Below, piece by piece: positions 10,465 through 19,432 of a stretch of 64,000 bases of DNA. How positions within the stretch are numbered: the first letter of the stretch is position 1; each line of letters starts with the position of its first letter. Below the pieces are notes generated by a model. The model was not told where the DNA came from, ran no database searches, and saw only the letters and a program-made list of their open reading frames with translations. Source of the stretch: Patescibacteria group bacterium (GTDB lineage Bacteria; Patescibacteriota; Minisyncoccia; UBA6257; GWB1-50-10); NCBI GenBank assembly GCA_040757555.1, contig JBFLWN010000005.1, positions 8,045-72,044 on the forward strand, written 5' to 3'. The position numbers and the translations under genes are program-made.

Positions 10465-10829
10465 GAAATTATTTTTTGTATTCGTTGTATTATTTCTGCA
10501 ATTGGCGTATCGGATTTCACAAAATAATCCTTCGCTCCGAGTTCAAGCGCAGTTTTAATATCATTATCTTGCCCAAGATTTGAAGAAACAACCACAGGAA
10601 CGGTATTTCCTCTTTTTCTCAATTCTTCAAGTACATCAAACCCATTCTTTTTTGGCATCATCAAATCGAGAATAATGAGATTGTATGTATCGTTTTTCAG
10701 CAAAAGAAGCGCCTGGTCACCATTTTCAGCGATTGTTACTTCATATCCAGATCGTAAAAGTTTTGCCTCAAGTGCTCGCGCCATTGCTTTCTCGTCTTCC
10801 GCCACTAGAATTTTCTTTTTATTATCCAT
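10461..10829 (-). CDS. Single-domain response regulator
   Basis: ILVAEDE, IILDLMMP, DYFVKS; stop overlaps pilB start. Confidence 0.95.
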   Translation of the reverse strand: MDNKKKILVAEDEKAMARALEAKLLRSGYEVTIAENGDQALLLLKNDTYNLIILDLMMPKKNGFDVLEELRKRGNTVPVVVSSNLGQDNDIKTALELGAKDYFVKSDTPIAEIIQRIQKIIS

Positions 10830-10925
10830 CTTTTATCAGTATACCATATAAAATAAAATTAATTATAAATAAAAAAAATCTCCACCATGGTGAAGATTTT
10901 CATATAAAAAGCCGTAAAAACGGCG

Positions 10926-11000
10926 GGGGCGCAACGGGGCTTGAACCCGTCGCCTCCTGATCCACAGTCAGGCGCTCTAACCACATGAGCTATGCGTCCC
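10926..11000 (-). tRNA. tRNA-His(GUG), CCA not encoded
   Basis: Cloverleaf with anticodon arm CCTGA-CTGTGGA-TCAGG, T arm ACGGG-TTCAAGC-CCCGT, encoded G-1 opposite C73. Confidence 0.93.
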
Positions 11001-11007
11001 GTGAAAC

Positions 11008-12345
11008 TTAAGATGAAATGACTGACCTTACCTTATCAACAATTTCAGATTTGTCAACTTCCTGTTGTGTGCGATTCACTGTGTCTTTGAATTGAACAAC
11101 ATTTTTTTCAACTTCGGACATTCCCGCAATAATGGCATATTGCATTTCCAATTTTTCCGCGTATTTCAGTTGCCCACCCATTCCTTTTTCTTTTCCAAGA
11201 TAAAGTTCGGTCGGGATATTGTTCGCGCGAAGCAAAGAAGTGATTTCTTGCACATAGATGCGTGCTTTTGGATTATTTTCAAAGTTAAGCACCAATATTT
11301 TTGCGATACTCTTTTCTTTCTTTGTCATTCGAAGTTCTTTCAACGCGTCAAACAAACGATCTACTCCGATTGATGCACCTACCGCAGGGACAGATATTGT
11401 ACTAAATTTACTTACCAAATCATCATACCTTCCTCCGGAAAATACACTGCCAATAGACGGAAGTTTGGTGAGCATTGTTTCAAACACTGGACCGGTATAA
11501 TATCCGAGTCCGCGAGCAACTGAAAAATCGAATGCCCATTTTTCTTTTGGTACGCCGAGAGCAGTTAGATTTTCAGCAATTTCACGAAGCTCTTTTATTC
11601 CTTGGAGGGCATTTTCCGAATCTTTCACAAGATCAAATACTGCATCCAATGCCTCTTCATTGCCGCGTGGAATATCCAAGAATCTTTTAATTGCCCCAAC
11701 CGCATCAATTGAAATCCCCATTGTGGTAAGCTCTCCAGACACCGAATCCCATGATTGTTTGTCGAGTTTATCTATCACTCGCAATACATCGGTGTTTAGA
11801 TCATTTTCGAACCCAGCAAATTCAGGAAGTGCATTTAGAATTTTTCGATTATTAATCTTAATAATGAAGTCATCAACACCAAGTTTTGTCATAGTGCTGT
11901 AAATCACTGCGACAATCTCGGCATCTGCGGTCATATCTTTCGATCCAACGGTATCAATATCAAATTGATAAAATCCATTGAATCTTCCTTTTTGGGGGCG
12001 TTCTCCACGAAACACTCTTCCGAGTTGATAGCGTTTAAACAAGCCGCCAATTTCATTTCGATATTGGGCATATGCTCTTGCAAGTGCAACCGTAAGATCA
12101 AAACGAAGTGCGATGTCTGTTTCTTCTTTACTTCCACTTTTTTTTACTAAATAAATCTGTTTGGTGAAATTCGGATCGCCTCCAGTTAGAATTTCTAGAC
12201 GTTCTACTTCGGGTGTTTCAAGCGGTAAGAATCCAAACAATTCAAAAGATGCTCGAATTGTATCGAGAATTTTATTTCTCAAAATCATCTCATCTGGGAG
12301 ATAATCTTTAAATCCGCTAGGCAATTGTGGTTTTATCATTTGCAT
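11008..12345 (-). CDS. hisS: Histidine--tRNA ligase
   Basis: LRFDLTV, FRGERPQKGRF motif 2, RGLGYYTG, GGRYD, AVGASIGVDRL, C-terminal anticodon domain. Confidence 0.97.
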   Translation of the reverse strand: MQMIKPQLPSGFKDYLPDEMILRNKILDTIRASFELFGFLPLETPEVERLEILTGGDPNFTKQIYLVKKSGSKEETDIALRFDLTVALARAYAQYRNEIGGLFKRYQLGRVFRGERPQKGRFNGFYQFDIDTVGSKDMTADAEIVAVIYSTMTKLGVDDFIIKINNRKILNALPEFAGFENDLNTDVLRVIDKLDKQSWDSVSGELTTMGISIDAVGAIKRFLDIPRGNEEALDAVFDLVKDSENALQGIKELREIAENLTALGVPKEKWAFDFSVARGLGYYTGPVFETMLTKLPSIGSVFSGGRYDDLVSKFSTISVPAVGASIGVDRLFDALKELRMTKKEKSIAKILVLNFENNPKARIYVQEITSLLRANNIPTELYLGKEKGMGGQLKYAEKLEMQYAIIAGMSEVEKNVVQFKDTVNRTQQEVDKSEIVDKVRSVISS

Positions 12346-12450
12346 ACCTCTTTATTGTAATAAAAGTTTATTAATAATACTACCATAACAATAAAACTAA
12401 ATCAATGTATTGTCAAATATAAAAACCGCCATTACTTGGCGGTTTATTTT

Positions 12451-13275
12451 CTAATTAATTTTTTCTTTCCCCATGATAAACGCTTCTTTGTTGGGATCCT
12501 TACAATTTCTCGCAAAAATAATTACCCCATCAAATGGTGCAAACACAGGAGTTTGCCCATCATATCCAAGAAATTTACCTTTCATCACCGGCTCAAAATC
12601 GGAAAATTCACGATCAATCGTAAAATTCCTTTTTGTCTTATAAATATAACTTGCATATATTTCCCGCTGATTCTTTGTTTCTTTCAATTCTTCCTTTCCC
12701 GAAATAATATCCATTATTTTCAAGAATGTAATAATTGAATCATATGCACGTTTTGGTGCCTCCGGATCTTGATGATATCCGCATTCCACACAGATTCCAT
12801 TTCCTTTGTGTGGATTGTTGTTCACGAAATAATCCGTTCCTCCCCTTTCGATATAATCCCACCCGTGAGAACGGATTGGAAATGGAAGCATCTGTGCTAT
12901 ATGAAATGAATGTGGTTCACAGATAATAAATGGTGTACTTTCTTTTGACATACTTGAATGCACATCAAGAAGCGCAACACTTTCATTCAAAAAAGGCATA
13001 ATTGCTTTTGCGCGTTTCAGTTCATACGAACTTTTTTCTTGTTCTGATAATTCTTCAAATGGACGAAATACTCGATTCATATTCACATCCACCTGGCGCA
13101 CCCCCCGTTCAATCGCTTCTAAGTTGGCAAGTATAAAATAGACCCGCCCCCTTTCTATGGAAAGAGACTCAATTGCTTTCTCAACAGCTTGAACACCGCA
13201 TATTTCATCTCCGTGAACACCGCCCATAATAGTGACGGTATTTCCGGGTTTTTCTCCTTCTTTCACAAAAATCAT
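12451..13275 (-). CDS. Succinylglutamate desuccinylase/aspartoacylase family (M14 Zn deacylase)
   Basis: GGVHGDE, NMNRVF, LLDVHS, VECG; SD AAGGAGG upstream. Confidence 0.88.
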   Translation of the reverse strand: MIFVKEGEKPGNTVTIMGGVHGDEICGVQAVEKAIESLSIERGRVYFILANLEAIERGVRQVDVNMNRVFRPFEELSEQEKSSYELKRAKAIMPFLNESVALLDVHSSMSKESTPFIICEPHSFHIAQMLPFPIRSHGWDYIERGGTDYFVNNNPHKGNGICVECGYHQDPEAPKRAYDSIITFLKIMDIISGKEELKETKNQREIYASYIYKTKRNFTIDREFSDFEPVMKGKFLGYDGQTPVFAPFDGVIIFARNCKDPNKEAFIMGKEKIN

Positions 13276-13403
13276 AGGATTATCCTCCTTGTTTGTTTTT
13301 AAATATTCTGCCTATAGCATCCACAAAAATTGATCATTAGTCAAATTCCATCACTATTCTTTATCGAATGCCCAAAATACCATATAATTTCTATGCGCTT
13401 TTT

Positions 13404-14075
13404 ATGAACAAATTTGGAAACATACTTACATATCAGGAACTTCTCACAGTACCACTTGGAGAAAACAATGAACCTCTTGTTTCGCTTAATTTAATTTGTC
13501 CCGATATAATTTGCGAGTATGAAAAAACCGATATGATTCCTCTCACCGGAAATAATATTTATGTCCGAAAAACGGTAGCCGAGAAACTATGTCGCGTACA
13601 AGAACATATAAAAAAAATATCACCCGAATTTCAATTGCGAGTCGTCTACGGGTATCGACATCCCGACATTCAGAAAAAATACTTTGAACAAAAAAAACAA
13701 GAGTTATTGAACAAGGAAAATATTTCCGATGAAAATATAAACACCGCGGTTCACAGTTTTGTCGCAGTTCCCGAGGTCGCAGGACATCCCACGGGAGGCG
13801 CATTGGATCTCACGATTATAGAAGATGGAAAGGAAATTGATATGGGAACTGGAATCGCCGACTATTCCGACGAAGAAAAAATAAAAACAAACTCAGGAGA
13901 TATAACTCCAAAACAAATGCAAAATCGCATGATACTTCACGATGCCATGCTCAGAGAAGAATTTGCCCCTTTCTATGGTGAGTGGTGGCATTATTCTTAT
14001 GGAGATCGAGAATGGGCTTATTTTTACGGGAAAGAAACATCACTTTATTCCCCTTTGTTCTTCGAAAAGAAATAA
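13404..14075 (+). CDS. VanX/DdpX-like D,D-dipeptidase (M15D)
   Basis: YGYRHP, HPTGGALDL, DMGT, EWWHYSYGD; start uncertain (13368 or 13404). Confidence 0.88.
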   Translation: MNKFGNILTYQELLTVPLGENNEPLVSLNLICPDIICEYEKTDMIPLTGNNIYVRKTVAEKLCRVQEHIKKISPEFQLRVVYGYRHPDIQKKYFEQKKQELLNKENISDENINTAVHSFVAVPEVAGHPTGGALDLTIIEDGKEIDMGTGIADYSDEEKIKTNSGDITPKQMQNRMILHDAMLREEFAPFYGEWWHYSYGDREWAYFYGKETSLYSPLFFEKK

Positions 14076-14102
14076 AAAACCCCGCTATTGGCGGGGTTTT
14101 TG
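14075..14102. terminator. Bidirectional intrinsic terminator between convergent dipeptidase and GNAT genes
   Basis: AAAAACCCCGC-TATTG-GCGGGGTTTTT. Confidence 0.8.
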
Positions 14103-14105
14103 TAT

Positions 14106-14674
14106 TTAACAATTTCCGTAAAGATACATTCGGAATTCACTTTTTGAAGATACTTCTTTCGCGTGTTCAGAAACATTCTGAATAAGTCCTTCGATAATTT
14201 TTGCGCCGAAGTTCTCATACATATTTTTTGAGTTAGATCCTTCAAGAGCGGTTCTCATAACATAAGTATCGAAGCCATTTTTCTTCGCACACTCAACTCT
14301 CGCTTGTATAAGACTGGTTCCAATACCTCTCTTCCTATAATCAGCATGAACGCCAATTTCTGACATATAACATGCTGTCTCTAATTCAAATGGAAGTCTG
14401 TGTCTATTTTCTTCAAGAAATTCACCGGATTCCCATGATTTTTTTGCCGGAAGTACGCATCCAAATCCTATAACAGATCCATCGGGTGCGAGTGCAAGAA
14501 ATATCTGTCCATCGTTTTCGAGATGTTTATTCCACACTTCGTGTTCAACATATTCATCTGTATAAGATTCAAAATATGGTGGACCTGCAAATACTTCTTT
14601 ATATAAGTTAATGAAATCCTGTTTTTTTCCGAGTTGTTATTTACGTGAACGATTTTGATTCCATCAGGTCTCAT
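14106..14674 (-). CDS. GNAT acetyltransferase split by a -1 frameshift (A7 run at 14622-14628)
   Basis: SD GGAGGT plus ATG 14674 overlapping the racemase end; the GNAT frame (QDFINLYKEVFAGPPYFE...YRKRGIG...MYENFG) is -1 relative to this ATG and is closed upstream by an in-frame TAA. Confidence 0.8.
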
Positions 14675-15428
14675 GGATCACCTCCATGACACTTCGAAGA
14701 ACAACCATTTGATCTCCGAAAAATATCGCCTCAATCGTTCCTCCTGACGGCTGAACAATAAAACGCTCACCGGTAACTTTTCCTACTGCAATTGTCCCCG
14801 ATCCGCAAGAAGATTCGTAGAAAAACGTATCGATCGAACGCACCCATACCACCGGATGCATAATAATCGATTTTCCTTCTTTTTGAATCCACACAACACC
14901 GACTGCGTCTCTTTTCTCAAGACTAAGTTCTTTTGTGATGGCCCGATGAATTTCTTCATAATTCTTTGGAAATGGGGCATCAATAACAAAATGCACAATT
15001 CCTCCAAGATCAACGAGAACACCGGAATAACCCTGAGCCTGTTTTTTCTCTGAGGAAAGTTTCATTCCTGGAAAAATACATCGTACATCAAATTTACTTT
15101 TATCCGCCGTTTCAACTATTTCTCCCGAAACTTCTCCGGAAAAACCCGACATCGTAAAAGAAACCTGGTTTAAATTTTGAATCTTTGAAAATAATAATGC
15201 TGCTGCTCGCGCTGCGTTTCCGCAGAACTCTCCTCCCGCCATTTCAAAATGGCTTTCTGAGGGTATAAGAAATCCGCACTGCTCCGCACCGAATTTTTCG
15301 GTTTCGGCCATAAGTTGTTTTCCCTTTTCTTCATATTCTGCCCTGGGGAGGGCGTGCTCGAGTATGCGGATTGCGGTAGCGTTTCCACCTGCCGCAGAAA
15401 TTACATAAAGATGATTATTTAGTTCCAT
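14664..15428 (-). CDS. CntK-like histidine racemase (DapF-fold, two-cysteine amino acid racemase)
   Basis: GGNAT, EQCGF, MAGGEFCGNA, YESSCGSGT, QPSGG match the CntK pattern as I recall it (SGNMT, EQVGF, MSGNEFCGNA, WENSCGSGT, QPGG); start MELNN at 15428 with SD AAGGAG. Confidence 0.8.
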   Translation of the reverse strand: MELNNHLYVISAAGGNATAIRILEHALPRAEYEEKGKQLMAETEKFGAEQCGFLIPSESHFEMAGGEFCGNAARAAALLFSKIQNLNQVSFTMSGFSGEVSGEIVETADKSKFDVRCIFPGMKLSSEKKQAQGYSGVLVDLGGIVHFVIDAPFPKNYEEIHRAITKELSLEKRDAVGVVWIQKEGKSIIMHPVVWVRSIDTFFYESSCGSGTIAVGKVTGERFIVQPSGGTIEAIFFGDQMVVLRSVMEVIHET

Positions 15429-15512
15429 AAGATAGTACTCCTTTTGATTAGTGAAAATTGACAATTTCCTAAGCTCATTATAGGCACCACCCACATGAAC
15501 TGTCAAAAGCAG

Positions 15513-17033
15513 TTATTTCAACAAATCAATAACCTTTTTGAACACATCATCGCGCATCACTTGTATGTCTTTCGATAGAATTCTGTCATTTTCAATATGT
15601 TTCACATATTTTCGTATCATCAAATATGTCCTTTTTGTCCCCTTTCCGAGTTTCTGTGTATCCCGAAAATCAATTGCTTGCGCTGAATTCATATATTCAA
15701 TCGCTAAAACATTTTCGGTATTTTTCACGATATTCCACGCCTTTCGCGCGGCAATTGTTCCCATACTCACATGATCTTCCTGGTTCACCGACGTGGGAAT
15801 TGAGTCAACTGAGGCAGGATGGGCAAGTACTTTATTTTCCGAAACAAGAGACGCGGCAACGTATTGAGGAATCATAAGTCCACTATGGAGTCCCCCTTTC
15901 TTTTCATCAATAAGAAAAATGGGTAAACCTGCATTCATTGATGGATCAATAAGTTTTGCGGTTCTTCGCTCTGAGATATCGGCAAGCTCGGCAATTGCAA
16001 TTCCAAGGGTATCCATTGCAATGGCGATTGGTTCGCCATGAAAATTTCCTCCTGAAACGGCATGGTCTGGATTGGTAAAAATAATTGGATTATCGGTTAC
16101 TGAATTTAATTCGCATTCAACCACCGAATGCACATAATTCACCGCATCGCGAATTGCTCCATGTACTTGTGGTGAACATCGGAGAGAATATGAATCCTGA
16201 ACTCTTCCCTTTATTGAATTTACTAATTTAGATCCGGAAATATATTTCTTTATATTTTTTGCCACAATTGCCTGCCCAGGATGCGGGCGAACGGCTTGCA
16301 CATGCGGGTCAAACGCGTTCGTCACCCCACATACCGCTTCAAGTGTAAGCGCAACCCCCATGTCGGCAATTTCAATAAGTTGTTCCGCTTTATGAAGTGC
16401 GAGTGCTGCAATTCCCGTCATCACTGAGGTTCCATTATTGAATGCAAGCCCTTCTTTTTCCAAAAATCCCGGAGGAATTAATCTCGCTTTTTTAAGCGCC
16501 ACTGCGGTTTTCATTTTTTTTCCCTGATACCACACATCTCCTTCTCCCATCATCGCAAGTCCAATATGGGAAAGTGGGGCGAGATCACCAGATGATCCAA
16601 CAGACCCCTGAGATGGCACAAGTGGAATAATATCTTTTGAAATAAGAGCTGAGAGGAATTCCAAAAATTCAAATCTCACACCCGAATATCCTTGTGTCAA
16701 TGAATTTAAACGCACAAGCATTGCCGCGCGTACCGCTTCCCTTGAAAATAACTCGCCAACACCCGACGAATGACTGCGAATAAGATTTCGCTGTAATTCT
16801 TTTACAAATTCCTTTTCAATAAATTTATCCTTAAAACTTCCAAACCCAGTCGTAACTCCGTAAACAACTTGTTTTTTTTCAACAATGCGTTCAACCACTT
16901 TCCGCGATGCAATTATTTTCTTTTTTGCATGTGGAGAAAGAACAATCTTAATTCCCGGACGATGCGCAACCTCCCAGACGACGTCCGGGGTGAGATGATG
17001 GTCCGGCCCCACCTCAACGATTGATGTTTTCAT
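15513..17033 (-). CDS. hutH: Histidine ammonia-lyase
   Basis: YGVTTGFG, LIRSH, MIO loop GSVGSSGDLAPL, QDSYSLRC, GGNFHG, HAL-type NQEDHVSM. Confidence 0.93.
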   Translation of the reverse strand: MKTSIVEVGPDHHLTPDVVWEVAHRPGIKIVLSPHAKKKIIASRKVVERIVEKKQVVYGVTTGFGSFKDKFIEKEFVKELQRNLIRSHSSGVGELFSREAVRAAMLVRLNSLTQGYSGVRFEFLEFLSALISKDIIPLVPSQGSVGSSGDLAPLSHIGLAMMGEGDVWYQGKKMKTAVALKKARLIPPGFLEKEGLAFNNGTSVMTGIAALALHKAEQLIEIADMGVALTLEAVCGVTNAFDPHVQAVRPHPGQAIVAKNIKKYISGSKLVNSIKGRVQDSYSLRCSPQVHGAIRDAVNYVHSVVECELNSVTDNPIIFTNPDHAVSGGNFHGEPIAIAMDTLGIAIAELADISERRTAKLIDPSMNAGLPIFLIDEKKGGLHSGLMIPQYVAASLVSENKVLAHPASVDSIPTSVNQEDHVSMGTIAARKAWNIVKNTENVLAIEYMNSAQAIDFRDTQKLGKGTKRTYLMIRKYVKHIENDRILSKDIQVMRDDVFKKVIDLLK

Positions 17034-17141
17034 GTTTTTATTCTACCCCGTTAAAAATAGAATTCCAGTATTTTATTACTTGAAAAACTAAGGATAGATA
17101 AAAGAAAAATCCGAGCATTATATGCTCGGATTTTATATTTG

Positions 17142-17657
17142 TTACATTTTTACTTCTTCAAATTCGATTTTTGTGTGCTCGGTATTTGCAAACTTTGCAT
17201 AGAAAAGCCTCAATTCTTTTTTGAGATTTGCTGCTTTTATAATAGCACTTGCTACCTTCTGCAAATCGAACTTCTGTCGCGTCACCATATCAGAGAAATT
17301 TTTGAGGAAAGATCTTCCAAGAGCGGACTTCATTGCCTCATATTTTTTACAATCTTCGTGATTGATCAAGATAATTGTCTTAATTGTTTCATGACGATCG
17401 AGAAATAATGTGAGGATGTCGTTTACCACCTTGAATTCTTTTGGAAAACTTGATGGCTCGGTAAGAGAAGCTATAGCACCTGAAATAGCAATGGGTACAT
17501 ATTCTCCTGTCGAAAGATTAAGTTCGTTCTTCAAAAATTCTTGAAAAGCTCTTTGAAATCTTGGATCAGCGCAGTGTATAACAATTGCTTTTGGATGACC
17601 CGAAAGCACGTCATATAACTTCTGCATCTCTTTTTCTCCGTTCATGAGTTGCCTCAC
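17142..17657 (-). CDS. Beta-carbonic anhydrase-like Zn protein
   Basis: HCADPRF and NHEDC (CxDxR...HxxC) Zn ligands. Confidence 0.7.
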   Translation of the reverse strand: MRQLMNGEKEMQKLYDVLSGHPKAIVIHCADPRFQRAFQEFLKNELNLSTGEYVPIAISGAIASLTEPSSFPKEFKVVNDILTLFLDRHETIKTIILINHEDCKKYEAMKSALGRSFLKNFSDMVTRQKFDLQKVASAIIKAANLKKELRLFYAKFANTEHTKIEFEEVKM

Positions 17658-19367
17658 TTAAGAAGATTTTTCGGTATTGTCGTCTTTTTTATCGCCAACC
17701 ATACCGATGAGTTCACTGATGTTTATTCCTACTTTGTTTCCAAGATCTTCAAGATCAATACCCATAACCTTCAAGTTTTTAAGAACATTAAAAACGGTTT
17801 CAGGAACAACATTTCCGAGTTTATTCAAACCATTTCCATTTCCACCCATATCAACGATCTTTATCTGATCGATTGAACCGAATGGTTGTGCAACTGACTT
17901 AAATATTGCTTCGGCAATTTTACTTCCTGCATCACCGAATTTATCAACGAGACCCGGCAAACGATCAAGAACGAGAATAAATCTTGCTTTGTCGTCCATT
18001 TCTTTCAATGAAGCAGCCATTGCACTCGTACCTGCGGCATCAGCAAGAAGATATTTTTCCTTACCAAGAGCTTCGGCAAGAAGATTCTTTTCCTTACCAA
18101 GAGCTTCGGCAAGAAGATTCTTTTCCTTACCAAGAGCTTCGGCAAGAAGATTTCTTTCTTTACCTTCAGCATTAGCAAAAGCAATTGCTTTTGTTTTTGA
18201 GCTTTCGCCTTCGCCTTCCAATACTTGCGCCTGCTTTTTCGCAGTTGCCTCTTTTGTAATTTTTATTGCGGTAGCATCAGCGTCAATTTCTGCTTTTTGC
18301 TTGTTAACATTTGCTTCAATAAGTGTTTTTTCTTTTGCGGCTTCCGCTGGTTTAATAACTGTAGCAACAAGCTGTTTTTCCATTCTTAATGCTTCTTTTT
18401 CTTGAACACTAATCTGAGCTTCTTTTTCAGCGCTATCGCGTTCGGCCTGTTTTACCTTGAGAACCTTATCCTGTTCCGCAAGTTGAATATCCATCGCTTT
18501 TTCAGCTTTTGCCTTTGCAGTATCAGTAACCACCTTCATGTCCGCAATTTTTACATCGCGGTCTTTTTCGGCATCGGCAACTTTTATTGCGTTTCCGGCT
18601 TTTACCACATCAGCTTCCATGAGAGCATTTGAAACTTTTATTTCGGTATCTCTTTTTGCTTCAGCAACCTTGATATCTCTTTCTTTTGTTGCTTCTGCAA
18701 CAGTAATATCGGCATCTCTTTTTACGAATGCCACTGCCTTTTTGCCCATTGCATCAATGTATCCTTCCTTGTCATCAATTTCCTGTATAACAAGAGTCAT
18801 GAGTTGAACCCCAAGGTTCTTTAACTCATTACCGGATTCATCAATCACTGTTTGATTGAACTTATCGCGTTCTCGTAATAGCGAATCAATATCAAGTTTA
18901 CCAACGATCGAACGCAAGTGGCCCTTCAGGATATTTTGAACAAAAAGATCTCTTTCTTCCTCAGTCTTCCCGAGAAAGTTCTGGGCCGCATTAATCAAAT
19001 CTTCTTCATTTGTACTAATTTTACACGTCGCCACACCCTTCACATTGATTTTTACCGTATCTTTGTTTGGGATGCTGGTTTCGTCGATATCAACCTGAAA
19101 TGCCGTGGTCGACATCTCCTGCACACTTTCAACAAATGGCATAAGAATTCGTCCGCCACCATTTAAGACCTTGAACCCGAGAGTTACGGGTTTCCCTTCT
19201 TTATCATGGTGTACATATTTACGACCATAAAAGATAAGCGCTTTATCGGGCGCACACTTTTTATAGCGACTGCCAATGAACTTTATTGCGAGAATAAATA
19301 CAATTGCCACGAGCAAAATCATTCCCGGAATAAACAAATGCTGAAAGAAATTTGATGCTGATTCCAT
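17658..19367 (-). CDS. Flotillin/SPFH domain protein
   Basis: N-terminal TM, LKGHLRSIVG SPFH motif, GYIDAMG, long AEA-rich coiled coil, PFGSIDQIKIVD. Confidence 0.92.
   Translation of the reverse strand: MESASNFFQHLFIPGMILLVAIVFILAIKFIGSRYKKCAPDKALIFYGRKYVHHDKEGKPVTLGFKVLNGGGRILMPFVESVQEMSTTAFQVDIDETSIPNKDTVKINVKGVATCKISTNEEDLINAAQNFLGKTEEERDLFVQNILKGHLRSIVGKLDIDSLLRERDKFNQTVIDESGNELKNLGVQLMTLVIQEIDDKEGYIDAMGKKAVAFVKRDADITVAEATKERDIKVAEAKRDTEIKVSNALMEADVVKAGNAIKVADAEKDRDVKIADMKVVTDTAKAKAEKAMDIQLAEQDKVLKVKQAERDSAEKEAQISVQEKEALRMEKQLVATVIKPAEAAKEKTLIEANVNKQKAEIDADATAIKITKEATAKKQAQVLEGEGESSKTKAIAFANAEGKERNLLAEALGKEKNLLAEALGKEKNLLAEALGKEKYLLADAAGTSAMAASLKEMDDKARFILVLDRLPGLVDKFGDAGSKIAEAIFKSVAQPFGSIDQIKIVDMGGNGNGLNKLGNVVPETVFNVLKNLKVMGIDLEDLGNKVGINISELIGMVGDKKDDNTEKSS
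18055..18153. repeat. Three tandem 33-bp in-frame repeats inside flotillin (NLLAEALGKEK)
   Basis: TTTTCCTTACCAAGAGCTTCGGCAAGAAGATTC repeated three times, near-identical. Confidence 0.9.
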
Positions 19368-19432
19368 GTGGAACCTCCTTAAGTTAAATGAAAGAAATAA
19401 TTACCTTTTTACTTTTCCTATGTGATACAAAA

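Noticed and set aside
13404-14075. Vancomycin resistance cluster
   Set aside because: Only a VanX-like peptidase is present; no vanA/vanH or adjacent vanRS
14664-15428. Call as dapF, or as a staphylopine locus
   Set aside because: Motifs fit CntK better than DapF (no GNPH or ERG.GET.ACG); no cntL, cntM or transporter nearby
17034-17140. Histidine attenuator or T-box upstream of hutH
   Set aside because: No His-codon leader peptide or T-box motif seen; the hairpin at about 17108-17134 is the upstream gene's terminator
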